A stretch of 64,000 nt of DNA from an uncultured Verrucomicrobiae bacterium (GCA_963762565.1 CAVXLD010000005.1:64001-128000); one strand, 5' to 3'; shown: positions 30,248 through 40,236, numbered from the stretch's first letter. Notes: generated from the letters alone by a model not told the origin. Translations and numbers: made by a program.

Positions 30248-31669
30248 ATGATGCACTGGAGTTTTCTTTATCTTTGCAGTGAGTGGGCGGTCAGATTGAC
30301 CATGCTGCTTTATGTTCCGCAGCGCCGGAGCGCTTCCGCGGCGCGCACCTGGTTATTATTCATTTTTTTGCTTCCATGGCCCGGTCTCGCCATCTACGCG
30401 CTGGTCGGGCGGATCCGCGTTCCGGCTTTCCGGCGCAAACTGCAGAACCAAGCCGCCGAACAAATAAAGAAGGCTCAGGCGCAAATTGGAGCTCAGATAG
30501 TTGCCCAACCCGATCTTCCACCTCAACTCCGGATCATCCCCGAACAAGCTAAGAGGTTGGGGATGTTCGAGCCATTTGCCGGGAACGCATTCGAGTTTTT
30601 GCGGGATTACGAGGGTAGTATCGATCGCTTGATCCAGGACATCGATTCCGCCAAGAAACAAGTCCATCTCTTGACCTATATCTATCGAGCTGACCGGACT
30701 GGAAGAAAGGTTACCGACGCTCTCAAGCGAGCCGCTAAACGCGGGGTGGTTTGTCGAGTGCTATTAGATGCCGTCGGATCAGGCGCCGCACTCAAACAAT
30801 TCGGGTCTGAACTTCGCGCAGCCGGAGCTGAAGTGAGATCCATGTTACCGGTCGGTCTGTTTCGCCGGAAAGGGGAACGTTTTGATCTGCGAAACCATCG
30901 TAAAATCGCCATCATCGACGGAACCATCGGTTATCTCGGGTCACAGAACATTGCTGACCCCGACTTTGTTAAGAACTATTCCAACGAAGAACTCGTGGTC
31001 CGGATCACCGGTCCGGTAGTCTCACAACTGCAAGCGACTTTCTTAGGTGATCACTATTTGGAGACCGAAGAGGTATTGGATCGAAAAGAACTATTTCCTG
31101 ATCTTACGCCTACCGGAGACTCTGCCGCGCAATTGTTGCCCAGCGGACCTGGTTATGGCCAGGAGAACGGCCGCGAACTGATCATCTCAATGTTATACGA
31201 GGCTCGCCGGCGGGTCGTGATCACGACTCCTTACTTTATTCCGGACGAGCCGTTTCTTAATGCCATCTGTGCCGCCGGCCGGCGCGAGAACGTGCGGGTA
31301 CACCTAGTCGTCTCCAAGCACGCAAATCAATTGATCTCCCAGTTAGCACAGCGCTCCTATTATGACGATTTATTGGAAGCCGGAGTCGAGATTCATCTTT
31401 ATCGGACACATTTTCTGCACGCGAAACTAATGACGATCGACGACGAGATTGCCCTGGTTGGGTCGACGAACATGGATATCCGTTCGTTTGCGTTGAACGC
31501 GGAGATCAATCTCCTGATTTACGATCGCCGGGTGGCTGAGCGACTAAAAGTAGTGGAGGAGGATTATTTTCGAAACAGCGATCTACTCACTCTGGACCAA
31601 TGGGGGAAACGTTCAGTGTTAGAAAAAGTGGTCCAAAATACCGCGCGCCTGATGGACTCGTTTCTCTAA
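30248..31669 (+). CDS. cls: Cardiolipin synthase (PLD family)
   Basis: N-terminal TMs and two HKD motifs, RNHRKIAIIDG and LHAKLMTIDD; GSTNMDIRSF. Confidence 0.95.
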   Translation: MMHWSFLYLCSEWAVRLTMLLYVPQRRSASAARTWLLFIFLLPWPGLAIYALVGRIRVPAFRRKLQNQAAEQIKKAQAQIGAQIVAQPDLPPQLRIIPEQAKRLGMFEPFAGNAFEFLRDYEGSIDRLIQDIDSAKKQVHLLTYIYRADRTGRKVTDALKRAAKRGVVCRVLLDAVGSGAALKQFGSELRAAGAEVRSMLPVGLFRRKGERFDLRNHRKIAIIDGTIGYLGSQNIADPDFVKNYSNEELVVRITGPVVSQLQATFLGDHYLETEEVLDRKELFPDLTPTGDSAAQLLPSGPGYGQENGRELIISMLYEARRRVVITTPYFIPDEPFLNAICAAGRRENVRVHLVVSKHANQLISQLAQRSYYDDLLEAGVEIHLYRTHFLHAKLMTIDDEIALVGSTNMDIRSFALNAEINLLIYDRRVAERLKVVEEDYFRNSDLLTLDQWGKRSVLEKVVQNTARLMDSFL

Positions 31670-31707
31670 AGTTATCAAACGCGCCGGGGCGGAAAGAAAA
31701 GACGGAA

Positions 31708-31999
31708 CAACCGCAGCCCCGAAATTCTCCGGAGTGAAATGGACGCAGATATACACAGATAGGCGCGATGCGCCGCGTGGTAGGGCGAGGCTCCCGGAAG
31801 ACCGAAATTACTAAACAGAGAGATGTTGCTTGTCGGCGCTCTCTCGTTTTAGGGGTCGATACGCGCGCCGAGCCTGGCCCTGGAGCTGCCACGCCGAGGG
31901 TCCCGGCTCGGCGCGCGAATTGGCCTCGCAAACGAATGAGCTGCGGAACCTGTATCCCTTTGCGCTCACCTTCCGGTCTTTCGGGAGCCTCGCCCTACC
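31708..31999. repeat. CGCAGAT array with 22-nt insert (31717-31738), followed by a GTAG-type REPIN (31779-31999)
   Basis: ggtagggcgaggctcccg ... cgggagcctcgccctacc; same family as 1040-1275. Confidence 0.85.
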
Positions 32000-32075
32000 A
32001 ACGCCGGCGCTTCACGCCTATGGCGCGACAAGTTTTTGCGGCTATTCTTCAGGGTCTTCTGTGGCTAATTAGTAC

Positions 32076-32483
32076 ATGAACGAACCCACGCCCCAACCTG
32101 AAGGCGAACCGATGATCCGCGCGATCGCGATGCCGGCTGACTCGAATCCTTCGGGGGACATATTCGGCGGCTGGTTAATGTCGCAGATGGATTTGGCAGC
32201 GGCCAACGCCGCTTGCCGCCGTTCGCGCGGACGTTGTGTAACCGTTGCCGTCGACGGCATGGTTTTTCATGAACCCGTATTTATCGGGGATGAAGTCAGC
32301 CTTTATTGTACCGTGATCCGGGTTGGCAGGACATCGATGACCATCCGAGTGGAGGCCTGGCGGCGCAGCCGGACAAGTGAGGCTCGGACCAAAGTCACAG
32401 AGGCCCTCTTTACCTATGTCGCCGTTGACGAGAACAGGAGGCCGAGGGCGGTGCCGGCAGAGGCAGAGGTGAAAGGTGATTAG
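32076..32483 (+). CDS. Acyl-CoA thioesterase (YciA-like hotdog fold)
   Basis: MPADSNPSGDIFGGWLMSQMD and VGRTSM. Confidence 0.95.
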   Translation: MNEPTPQPEGEPMIRAIAMPADSNPSGDIFGGWLMSQMDLAAANAACRRSRGRCVTVAVDGMVFHEPVFIGDEVSLYCTVIRVGRTSMTIRVEAWRRSRTSEARTKVTEALFTYVAVDENRRPRAVPAEAEVKGD

Positions 32484-32627
32484 TGATTGGTGATTGGTAG
32501 TAGGAGGGTCAGAAGGTTTTCGAGGATTGCGATGATGTGCGCATATGATGAGCGCTCCGATTCTGTCGCGCCTTGGCCACCAATTACTTTTATTATTCAC
32601 CAATCACCAATCACCAATCACTTCTCA
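32470..32627. repeat. Inverted heptamer arrays supplying the stop codons of both convergent genes
   Basis: TGAAAGG-TGATTAG-TGATTGG x2 on +; TGAGAAG-TGATTGG x3 on -. Confidence 0.9.
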
Positions 32628-33419
32628 CTGTTTGAGCTGCGCTTCTCGGTGGCTCAAATAGGCCTGTCTGACCGCGATGTACGGATCGATCGCTGCCTCT
32701 TTCATTTGTTCGTAGGTACGAACGCTACCCGGTGATCGGACCACGAATCGTGAGGCTGAGACCGAGTAGCCGACGACATTGCTGATAAGCCCGTAGTTAG
32801 TAAAGATCAGATACCAGTTGAGGGGATTCAGGGCGAAGTCGCCGGCGTAGCCGGTTAGATCGCGGACAGTCGACGGACCCAGCAGAGGGATAACCAAATA
32901 AGGGCCGGGTGAGAATCCCCAGCGAGCGAGGGTTAATCCGAAGTCTTCCGCTGGAACATCGGCCAGGGAAGAAACATGGTCGGAGACGCGAAAGAGGCCG
33001 CCTATCCCCACAGTGGAATTCACGACGAACTTACCGACTTCCTGTCCTGAGCGAACGAACCGGCCTTGCAGGACGTTGTTCCCGAACCGGATAGGAAAAT
33101 CGAGGTTGTCGAAAAAGTTCGAAAGACCGGTGCGAACCTTTTGCGGGACGATGTGCTCATATCCGCGCGCGATAGGCTTGACAGCGTGGATGGTCAACGA
33201 GTCGTTGAGCTTGAAATTAGTGTGGTTGAGGCGCTCAAACGGATCATCCACTTTCTCCACTGGTTCATTACCGAGCTCGTCCCCTGAAGCTGTGAGCGGT
33301 TTAGCGGCCGGCGTCTTTTGGGAAGACTTCGCGGTTTTCGTCTTGGGTTGTTTCGTTTGATCAGCAAAACCCGAAACGCAGGTTAGAAAAACTAGCAGGG
33401 TAGGGATAAGGTAGTTCAC
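32625..33419 (-). CDS. mlaA: MlaA/VacJ family protein
   Basis: DPFERLN, NSTVGIGGL, EDFGLTL and GPYLVIPLLGPSTVRD. Confidence 0.93.
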   Translation of the reverse strand: MNYLIPTLLVFLTCVSGFADQTKQPKTKTAKSSQKTPAAKPLTASGDELGNEPVEKVDDPFERLNHTNFKLNDSLTIHAVKPIARGYEHIVPQKVRTGLSNFFDNLDFPIRFGNNVLQGRFVRSGQEVGKFVVNSTVGIGGLFRVSDHVSSLADVPAEDFGLTLARWGFSPGPYLVIPLLGPSTVRDLTGYAGDFALNPLNWYLIFTNYGLISNVVGYSVSASRFVVRSPGSVRTYEQMKEAAIDPYIAVRQAYLSHREAQLKQ

Positions 33420-34105
33420 GAGTTTGGATTGATTGGCTCAGCAAGTTTAGCTTCAAGAGTCTTAATGACGGCTGCCGCTCCGCCGCGCCGTACCAGGTCG
33501 TCGAATTGAGCCCGGTAATTAGCCACGAAGCTCACCCCCTCGATAAGAACGTCATAGATACGCCAGCCACCAGAGAGATTGACCAGGCGATAGACGACCG
33601 AGAACGGTTTATCGCTGCTGGGGGAGGTAACCCGAGTTGTAATTTCGCATCGGTCCGGCGCCAGCGAGACGCTTTTACCATAAGTGATGTTCGGTTTTTG
33701 CGTCCCAACTACCCGAGCAGCGTAGATCCGGATCACGAGCCGGCTGAAGAGGTCGATTGTTTTTTGTTGATCGGTGGGACTGAACTGTCTCCAGGCAGGT
33801 CCGATGGCTTGGCGAGTCACGAGCTCGAACGAAAAGTCTTTCTCCAACAACGGTCGAGCTCGGTCAGCAAGCGCCTCGCTACTCTGACCGGAGTAAGCGA
33901 GAGCCAAAACTTGGTCGACCTCGCTGTGAAGCTGGGATACCGGATCGGGCGGGGCAGCGGCGAATGACAGATGACAGATGACAAATGACAGATTTATAAC
34001 CGCGATGGGACGCCTGCATCGACGGAGGCGATGGCCGATTTGGCCTATAAAGCTCCTCATCCATCGATCGATTATGGCTCGCTGAGATGTATTCGAATTT
34101 GTCAT
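33416..34105 (-). CDS. mlaC: MlaC/Ttg2D phospholipid-binding protein
   Basis: WRIYDVLIEGVSFVANYRAQF. N-terminus is repeat-derived; start is 34105 or the ATG at 34060. Confidence 0.9.
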   Translation of the reverse strand: MTNSNTSQRAIIDRWMRSFIGQIGHRLRRCRRPIAVINLSFVICHLSFAAAPPDPVSQLHSEVDQVLALAYSGQSSEALADRARPLLEKDFSFELVTRQAIGPAWRQFSPTDQQKTIDLFSRLVIRIYAARVVGTQKPNITYGKSVSLAPDRCEITTRVTSPSSDKPFSVVYRLVNLSGGWRIYDVLIEGVSFVANYRAQFDDLVRRGGAAAVIKTLEAKLAEPINPNS

Positions 34106-34132
34106 CTGTTATTTGTTCCGGCCACCGCCGGA

Positions 34133-34630
34133 TCATTTCTGCGCGGCTGGTGAAGGCGAAGCGACCGGCGATGCGCTGGTCGCTGGCGAGACGCTGCCGA
34201 ACGCGAATCGGCTGATGATCGATTCCAGGTCGACGGCGGATTCCGTATCAGTAATCGTGCTTCCCGGCGCCAGATTCTGCGACGATGAACCGGGGGAGAG
34301 CGCGACGAATTTATCGCCAATCAAGCCACTGGTTCTGATTGAGGCGATCGTGTCACTCGGAAGTTGGACCTCTTTGTTCACTTCCAAACGAACGATCGCA
34401 GCATATTGGGGATCCAGATTAATGTTATCGACCCGACCGACTGGAACTCCGGCCAGAAAAACTTGGCTCCCCGATTTCAGCCCGCCGGCATTAGAGAATC
34501 TGGCATTGACCGTGTACGTGGAGCCAGCCAAGGGAATGCGAGCGCCGGCCTCAATCGCAAACCAGGCCACCGCTGCCAGCCCTAAAAGCACGAAAGCGCC
34601 GGCTGAAAGTTCAACTGAAGATTGTTTCAT
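34133..34630 (-). CDS. mlaD: MlaD (MCE domain) protein
   Basis: N-terminal TM, ARFSNAGGLKSG..V.LAGVPVG and TSGLIGDKFV. ATG 34630. Confidence 0.95.
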   Translation of the reverse strand: MKQSSVELSAGAFVLLGLAAVAWFAIEAGARIPLAGSTYTVNARFSNAGGLKSGSQVFLAGVPVGRVDNINLDPQYAAIVRLEVNKEVQLPSDTIASIRTSGLIGDKFVALSPGSSSQNLAPGSTITDTESAVDLESIISRFAFGSVSPATSASPVASPSPAAQK

Positions 34631-34631
34631 A

Positions 34632-35012
34632 ACCGCGAATGGACACGAATAGACACGAATAAAAATCTCACGCAAAGACGCTAAGACGCAAAGGTAAGAC
34701 GATCTTAACCACAGATGAACGCAGATTTACGCAGATAAATGGATTCTTGGAAGGCCACGGCGAAAAAGCAACGCATCCAGCGACCAGACTACGGCTCCGC
34801 GATTTGCCGACCAACTCAGCAGATTCTTGTCTCGTTCTGCATCTCATCTGCGTAAATCTGCGTTCATCTGCGGTTGGTCTTTTTTTTGCGTTCTTTGCGA
34901 TCCTTTGCGGCTAATCCGAATTTGAGACGTCGATTTGCGGTTGGCGGTCGGCGGTTACCGGTTTCTCGGTTGCGAGAATCAATCTGTCATTTGTCATCTG
35001 TCATCTGTCATT
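34632..35012. repeat. ~370-nt intra-operon repeat block (nested CGCGAAT, CGCAAAG, CGCAGAT and TGACAGA arrays)
   Basis: Separates mlaF from mlaD; several nested inverted arrays. Confidence 0.85.
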
Positions 35013-35750
35013 TAGCGGAGCGCCTTTGCTATTCGCCAAGCCCGCTCCATCCCTGAAGCTCCGGACCAATGAATCTTCTGTGCTGCCAAATTCCGCGGCG
35101 GTTCCCTGAAAATAGATCTTGCCGTTCTCTAACAAAGCCAGGCGGTCGCTGGCCGCCAGCGCCTGGGCGATATCATGGGTAACCACCACAGCGGTAAAAT
35201 CGAATTGTTCCCGATATTCTCTGATCATAGAAAAAACAGCGTTGCCGGCCAGCGGATCTAACCCGGCGGTCGGTTCGTCGAAGAGCACCACGGCCGGGCG
35301 AGTCACTAAGAGGCGAGCCAATGCTAAACGTTTTTGCATGCCGCCTGAGAGTTGAGCCGGAAAATAATCCGGGAACTTCTCCAAGCCGAGGTTCTTGAGA
35401 GCAGACATTACTGCGTCCTTGATCTCGCGGGTCTTCAAACGTGTCGTTTGTTCCAGGGGCAGGGCAACGTTTTCGAAAGCAGTCAATGAATCGAACAATG
35501 CGTTCGCTTGGAACAGATAGCCGCAGTGTTTCCGGAAATCTTGCCCGGTTTGCCCTTCGAACAGGATTTCGCCGGCGTCAGGCTTCAACAATCCGGCTAA
35601 ACATTTTAGCAAAACCGATTTCCCAGCCCCGCTGCGTCCGAGCACAGATACGATAGAGCCGCGTGGTACCATCAGATCGATTCCGCAAAGCACGGCGTGC
35701 TCTCCAAATTGTTTGTGCAATCCGGTTACGGCGACCAGTGGGGGGATCAT
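35001..35750 (-). CDS. mlaF: MlaF ABC ATPase
   Basis: GRSGAGKS, LSGGMQKR and DEPTAGLDP; ATGA overlap with the mlaE stop. Confidence 0.93.
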   Translation of the reverse strand: MIPPLVAVTGLHKQFGEHAVLCGIDLMVPRGSIVSVLGRSGAGKSVLLKCLAGLLKPDAGEILFEGQTGQDFRKHCGYLFQANALFDSLTAFENVALPLEQTTRLKTREIKDAVMSALKNLGLEKFPDYFPAQLSGGMQKRLALARLLVTRPAVVLFDEPTAGLDPLAGNAVFSMIREYREQFDFTAVVVTHDIAQALAASDRLALLENGKIYFQGTAAEFGSTEDSLVRSFRDGAGLANSKGAPLNDR

Positions 35751-36535
35751 ACCAGAAACGAAGTGATCACGTAATCCGCGGCCAAAGTGGCAATGCTGGA
35801 GAACACCACCGCTCGAGTGGTTGAGACGCTGACCGCTCGTGAACCGGATACACCGGTTCGGCGATGAGCAGTAAATCCGCTGTGACAACAGATCGCGATG
35901 GTGAGGATCCCAAATACGAGCGCTTTAAGAAGGCATTCACGCACATCTTCGAACCGCACGGCGTTATGCACGTTAGACCAATAAACGCCACTATCTAGCC
36001 CCAACAAGCAGCACCCAGATAGGAAACCACCAAAAGTCCCTACTAGTACGAAAGCCGTGGTCAGAATGGGAAAAACCAAGAGCGCAGCTAAGAGCCGCGG
36101 AGTAATCAAATACCCGAGCGGATCGATCGCCATCGTGGTCAGTGCATCGATTTGTTCGCTATACCGATAAATCCCGATTTCAGCGGCAATAGCGGAACCT
36201 GCCTGACCGACGATCATGAGGGTGGCAAGCACTGGCGCCAGTTCACGGGTGAGGGTGAGTGAAACAAAGGTGCCAAGTAAGCCGGCCGAGCCGAATCGAG
36301 CCAGCACGTAGTATCCCTGCAGGCCCAATACCAGCCCTGCAAACAGCGACACGACCGTTATCACCAGGAGACAACGTACGCCTTGCTGATGGATGGCCCG
36401 GGCGACACCTTTTCCTAACTGGCGCGCATGGCCAATCGCGGTGAAAGCCCGCAGCACGAAATCAGCAAAATCACCGAGTCCGGCAACGATGGCCAGGCTT
36501 CTCCGGCCAACCGTTCGCAGGAAATGGGTCATCAC
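35747..36535 (-). CDS. mlaE: MlaE ABC permease
   Basis: RELAPVL, GSAIAAEIG, EQIDAL and STTRAVV. Confidence 0.95.
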   Translation of the reverse strand: MMTHFLRTVGRRSLAIVAGLGDFADFVLRAFTAIGHARQLGKGVARAIHQQGVRCLLVITVVSLFAGLVLGLQGYYVLARFGSAGLLGTFVSLTLTRELAPVLATLMIVGQAGSAIAAEIGIYRYSEQIDALTTMAIDPLGYLITPRLLAALLVFPILTTAFVLVGTFGGFLSGCCLLGLDSGVYWSNVHNAVRFEDVRECLLKALVFGILTIAICCHSGFTAHRRTGVSGSRAVSVSTTRAVVFSSIATLAADYVITSFLV

Positions 36536-36579
36536 GGCGTCTTAATTCGCTTTATGAAGGGCGAATGGCAAGTGGGAGC

Positions 36580-36812
36580 GTTTGGCGTTCGGCGTTCGGC
36601 GTTCGGCGTATCGGCGTATCGGCGTATCGGCGTAAACGCCCGCGTTGGGCGCTGCAAACGGATAGGACCTATAGGACTGATGGGACTAATAGGATGCACA
36701 TATAGGTCCCATAGGTCCTATAAGTCCCATTCGGTCGCGGCGCGGATTCGCGGCATCCTGTGCCATCGTCCGGCTACGCCCACAGTTGCTCACGCCGAAC
36801 GCCAAACGCCCG
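36580..36812. repeat. Nested inverted arrays: (GGCGTTC/GGCGTATC)n outer, ATAGGACCT 9-mer inner
   Basis: Read directly; similar architecture at 48730-48897. Confidence 0.85.
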
Positions 36813-36817
36813 CGCCG

Positions 36818-38263
36818 TTACACCGACACCCCCATATGCCCGCCTGCCGATGCGCTCTCCCGAAGCCCTTTGTTGACCATCGTGAACGGGCTAGGTCCGG
36901 ACACAAGCCCGCGGCGTTGCTGCCTTACATTGTGAGCATCAGCTAACGCAAGATCGAAGCGGGATAGAATGGTGCTCAGCACCAATTTCATTTCGAATTG
37001 GGCGAATGCCATACCGATGCAACGGCGAACGCCGCCGCCAAATGGCAAGAATTCATAGGGCGAATAATGCTGGTCGAGAAATCGATCCGGATTGAATTCT
37101 TCGGGGTCAGGAAAGGCTTCTTTTCGGCGATGAGCTAAATAAATGCAGCCGGCTACCAAGGTGCCTGGATCGAGCGTCACTCCGGCTAAATTAACGCGTG
37201 ACCTGGTAACGCGCGGAAAGGTTAGCAGGGCAACCGGGTAGATGCGCAGGGTCTCAGAGCAAACCGCGTTAAGGTAAGGCAGCTTGAGAAGAGCATTGGG
37301 ATCGAAGTTGCGATCCAGCGCGTCGAGTTCCTGCAACAAGCGCAGACGTATTTTGGGCAACCGATGAATCCAATACAATGCCCAGGTTAACGCGGTAGCG
37401 GTGGTTTCGTGGCCAGCGATTAAAAGGGTCATCAATTCATCGCGCAGCTCGACATCCGATAATGCTTCACCTGCTTCATCGCGGGCAGACATCAGCAGCG
37501 TCAGAATATCGTCGCGTTCAGGATTGGGGTTGAGACCGCCCTCACTTCCGCCATGGGTGGCTACGCCTTCGGCCTCGCAAGCGAGGCGCGCTCCACGCCG
37601 GTCGGCGATTTCGGCATAAATCAATTGATCAATTTGTTGCCGGTTACGGATGAATCGCCCCCAAGGACTATGCGGCCCAAGATCTCGCCGTAGACTCGGC
37701 ACAAATAAAATACTCGCGCTCAATGGACTGCTGACGCGACCCAACAAGGTTCCCAGACGTTGTTCGAGTTGTTGATATCGAGGTCCATCGGTTATTCCGA
37801 ACACCGCCCGCAGGATGATCCGCAGCGAGATCGTTTGCATCGGGCGCCGGGCCGGGAAAGCGTGACCCGGCTCGTGCTCGCGCATCACTTGTTCAGCGGT
37901 GTCGCAGATGAGGTCTCCGTAAGATCGCATCCGTTCCCCGTGAAACGGCGGCATCAATAAACGGCGTGCCCGCCGGTGGTCTTCACCGCTCAATCCGAAT
38001 ACCGATAGCTTTCCGGTGATCAACTCGAGAGCAATATTCAACCCTCCAGGAGCGTCGAACAGCTTGCCGTCATCATTCGTCAAAATCAGCTGCATTGCTT
38101 CCGGATCGCTGAACAACACCAGGGGCCCGAATTTTGGGTTCAGCCGAAAGGTGAAAGTGTCTCCATACCGCCGATGACAGCTCCGCATAAACGAAAAAGG
38201 TGTCGTCACCCATTGGAGCATCTGCAGGGCGCTCGGAGTTTTTGGTCCCTCAGGAAGTGCCAT
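36818..38263 (-). CDS. Cytochrome P450 (CYP110-like)
   Basis: AGHETT, ETLR and heme motif FGGGVRRCIG. Carries a ~20-aa repeat-derived insert. Confidence 0.95.
   Translation of the reverse strand: MALPEGPKTPSALQMLQWVTTPFSFMRSCHRRYGDTFTFRLNPKFGPLVLFSDPEAMQLILTNDDGKLFDAPGGLNIALELITGKLSVFGLSGEDHRRARRLLMPPFHGERMRSYGDLICDTAEQVMREHEPGHAFPARRPMQTISLRIILRAVFGITDGPRYQQLEQRLGTLLGRVSSPLSASILFVPSLRRDLGPHSPWGRFIRNRQQIDQLIYAEIADRRGARLACEAEGVATHGGSEGGLNPNPERDDILTLLMSARDEAGEALSDVELRDELMTLLIAGHETTATALTWALYWIHRLPKIRLRLLQELDALDRNFDPNALLKLPYLNAVCSETLRIYPVALLTFPRVTRSRVNLAGVTLDPGTLVAGCIYLAHRRKEAFPDPEEFNPDRFLDQHYSPYEFLPFGGGVRRCIGMAFAQFEMKLVLSTILSRFDLALADAHNVRQQRRGLVSGPSPFTMVNKGLRESASAGGHMGVSV
37555..37595. repeat. 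REP-like unit in-frame within the P450 gene
   Basis: gggtggctacgccttcggcctcgcaagcgaggcgcgctcca, same family as the GH94 insert. Confidence 0.9.
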
Positions 38264-38278
38264 GAGTGGCTATTTACT

Positions 38279-38803
38279 GAGGAGTTCAAGGAGTTCAAGG
38301 CCTGCCGCGACGTAGGCTTGGCGAAGTCGGGGACTTCAAGGCCGGTATGAGGCGCGAAGCGCTGGGAGGGATCGCGTCCTCGCGATCCGCTCTATTAACG
38401 AAGCCGAGGATGTTTCCTCATCGTGGATGAAAATAGCGCTTTGGCCGGTGGCATGTCCTCGCGGCGCGCGGGGACGCGCGCCCTCCCCGATGTTACACGC
38501 TGGGGCTCCGCGGGAGGGTTGGAGATGCTTTCAGGGGCTTCGCCCACTTCGATCAACCCAGGGGCTCAAGCCATGGGCTATGGTCTATAGCCGCCTCGCG
38601 GCAGCTAGTCGCTCGGGTCGAAACGAATCGTGAGCAGTACCCATGAATCCAAATCGAAATAAGATTCGACCTGGTCTGGCGGCCATTTCGCATTCGGTTT
38701 GAAGACCAACATGAAGCCGCCCGTGCCAGAATCGAGTGTCGCGCATTCAGCGCCGACACGCCGACACGCCCCTCCTAGCTCCTAGATTCTAGCTCCTAGC
38801 TCC
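38279..38803. repeat. Repeat block with GGGAGGG element (38364-38488), REPIN fragments and a TAGGAGC array
   Basis: Read directly; shares units with 28248-28807. Confidence 0.8.
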
Positions 38804-38807
38804 TGTT

Positions 38808-39161
38808 TTATTGAGCCAACGCACTATCATCCAAGTACCATTTGGTACCTTGCATGGGACCAAAGGTCTCCATTTTCACCTTCAACTGATGTCTGGCTGT
38901 GTTGTAGCTGAGGATCTTGACCTTGAGAGGCTTGTCGAATTGGAATGCATTTCGCTTCTTTAGCTCTTTTTGCTGGTATTCTGCCTGCGCGTCTGGTTTG
39001 CCGCTTGCCTTGAGCTGTTGCCATTTACTCAGTTTGGCGTCGTCCTGAAACCAAATGGAGTTAGGGGGCACTTGCACCGTGGCGCCCTTTTGGATTCCTT
39101 GAGCAAAGGAAGCGACGGCCAGAGCGAAGAACAGAGTGAGTATGCTGAGCGATGATTTCAT
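38808..39161 (-). CDS. Hypothetical secreted protein
   Basis: Signal peptide ending SFA; 117 aa, Lys-rich. Confidence 0.75.
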   Translation of the reverse strand: MKSSLSILTLFFALAVASFAQGIQKGATVQVPPNSIWFQDDAKLSKWQQLKASGKPDAQAEYQQKELKKRNAFQFDKPLKVKILSYNTARHQLKVKMETFGPMQGTKWYLDDSALAQ

Positions 39162-39205
39162 GCGGGGCACCGTAATCGATCAATGGCGCCCGTGGCGATG
39201 CTAAA

Positions 39206-39361
39206 GGAGGAGCTAGGAGCTAGAATCTAGGAGCTAGGAGAGGCGGGTTCACATGGGTCCCATTCGGTCGCAGCGTCCAACGCGCCCGAGCACTGGACAC
39301 GCTCGTAGGCCGAATCGTTCGCCCCCTCCTAGCTCCTAGATTCTAGCTCCTAGCTCCTCCT
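39206..39361. repeat. Inverted (TAGGAGC)n arrays
   Basis: ggagctaggagctagaatctaggagctagg ... cctagctcctagattctagctcctagctcc. Confidence 0.9.
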
Positions 39362-39781
39362 CTATTTTTCCACAAACATCAGATCCGAGATCATCGTGTG
39401 CTTAACGTAGGTATCCATATAGGTGTTGTGCAGCATCCTGATCTTCTGGCCGTGCGCCAAGAGCTTGTAAGCGGCGCCGCTATCAATGGCTTTATAATTC
39501 TGATAAAATTTTGTCTTGGGATAAACGATCACCGTGATCTGATTTCCGTTATCGAGCTCCAAAATTATACTGAACCACCCCGTGTTTCCCGGTTTAACGG
39601 ATTCAATCATTCCATCCAGCTCGACGTTTTGCCCTTGCTGATTCCGATTCTGGGCCGCGTTGCGCCGGATAATGTCAGCGGGATCGCTTAGATCGGTCGC
39701 ACGGAGATTGGGGAGACAACATTCAATTGAAATCAATAAGATTGATAGGCCTATCAAGCCGATAGTTTTGATCTGTTTCAT
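39362..39781 (-). CDS. Hypothetical secreted protein (possible OB-fold)
   Basis: Hydrophobic N-terminus; pattern LDGMIESV...TVIVYPKTKF...LAHGQKIR; AT-rich relative to neighbours. Confidence 0.7.
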   Translation of the reverse strand: MKQIKTIGLIGLSILLISIECCLPNLRATDLSDPADIIRRNAAQNRNQQGQNVELDGMIESVKPGNTGWFSIILELDNGNQITVIVYPKTKFYQNYKAIDSGAAYKLLAHGQKIRMLHNTYMDTYVKHTMISDLMFVEK

Positions 39782-40044
39782 GGGCCGGTTCGGGTGGTGT
39801 TCAAGATAATCTCCCGGATCAAGAACAAATCGTTACCGATACCGGTCACTAATCAGCCTTCGTCTTGGCTCAGGTACTCTCGTTTGAGATCAGCGGCATC
39901 AAAAGAGGGAATAAGAAAATCGGAATTCTTATTGGCCTTGGTGCGAGGCCGCTAATTACAATTGGGAACTAGTTCGATTGCAAGTGCAAAGGGATGGTTC
40001 ACGTCCACGCGCATGGCGTGCAAGAAAAGCGCGATGTGGGCGGG

Positions 40045-40222
40045 CATCACTCCGCGTGGCCGGATTCGACGACAGCGACTCGACTGAGCTCGCCGAAGTC
40101 CTGTCCGCCGTAGCCCAGGCTCTATGTTGCCAACCGCTCGAGGTCGGCCTCGCAAGCGAGGCGCGCTCCACAACCAGGACGTTGGCGAAGGCGGAAGGAC
40201 GAGAACGAAGCGCCTTGTGAGC
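40045..40222 (+). repeat. Composite repeat, left copy flanking the cyclase gene
   Basis: Closely matches 41260-41425 in the same orientation. Confidence 0.9.
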
Positions 40223-40236
40223 TCCGCTCTAGTTTC

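Noticed and set aside
39850..40044. Possible gene fragment on the minus strand (IALFLHAMRVDVNHPFALAIEL...)
   Set aside because: Short, contains a stop, and I recognise no family; it needs blastx.
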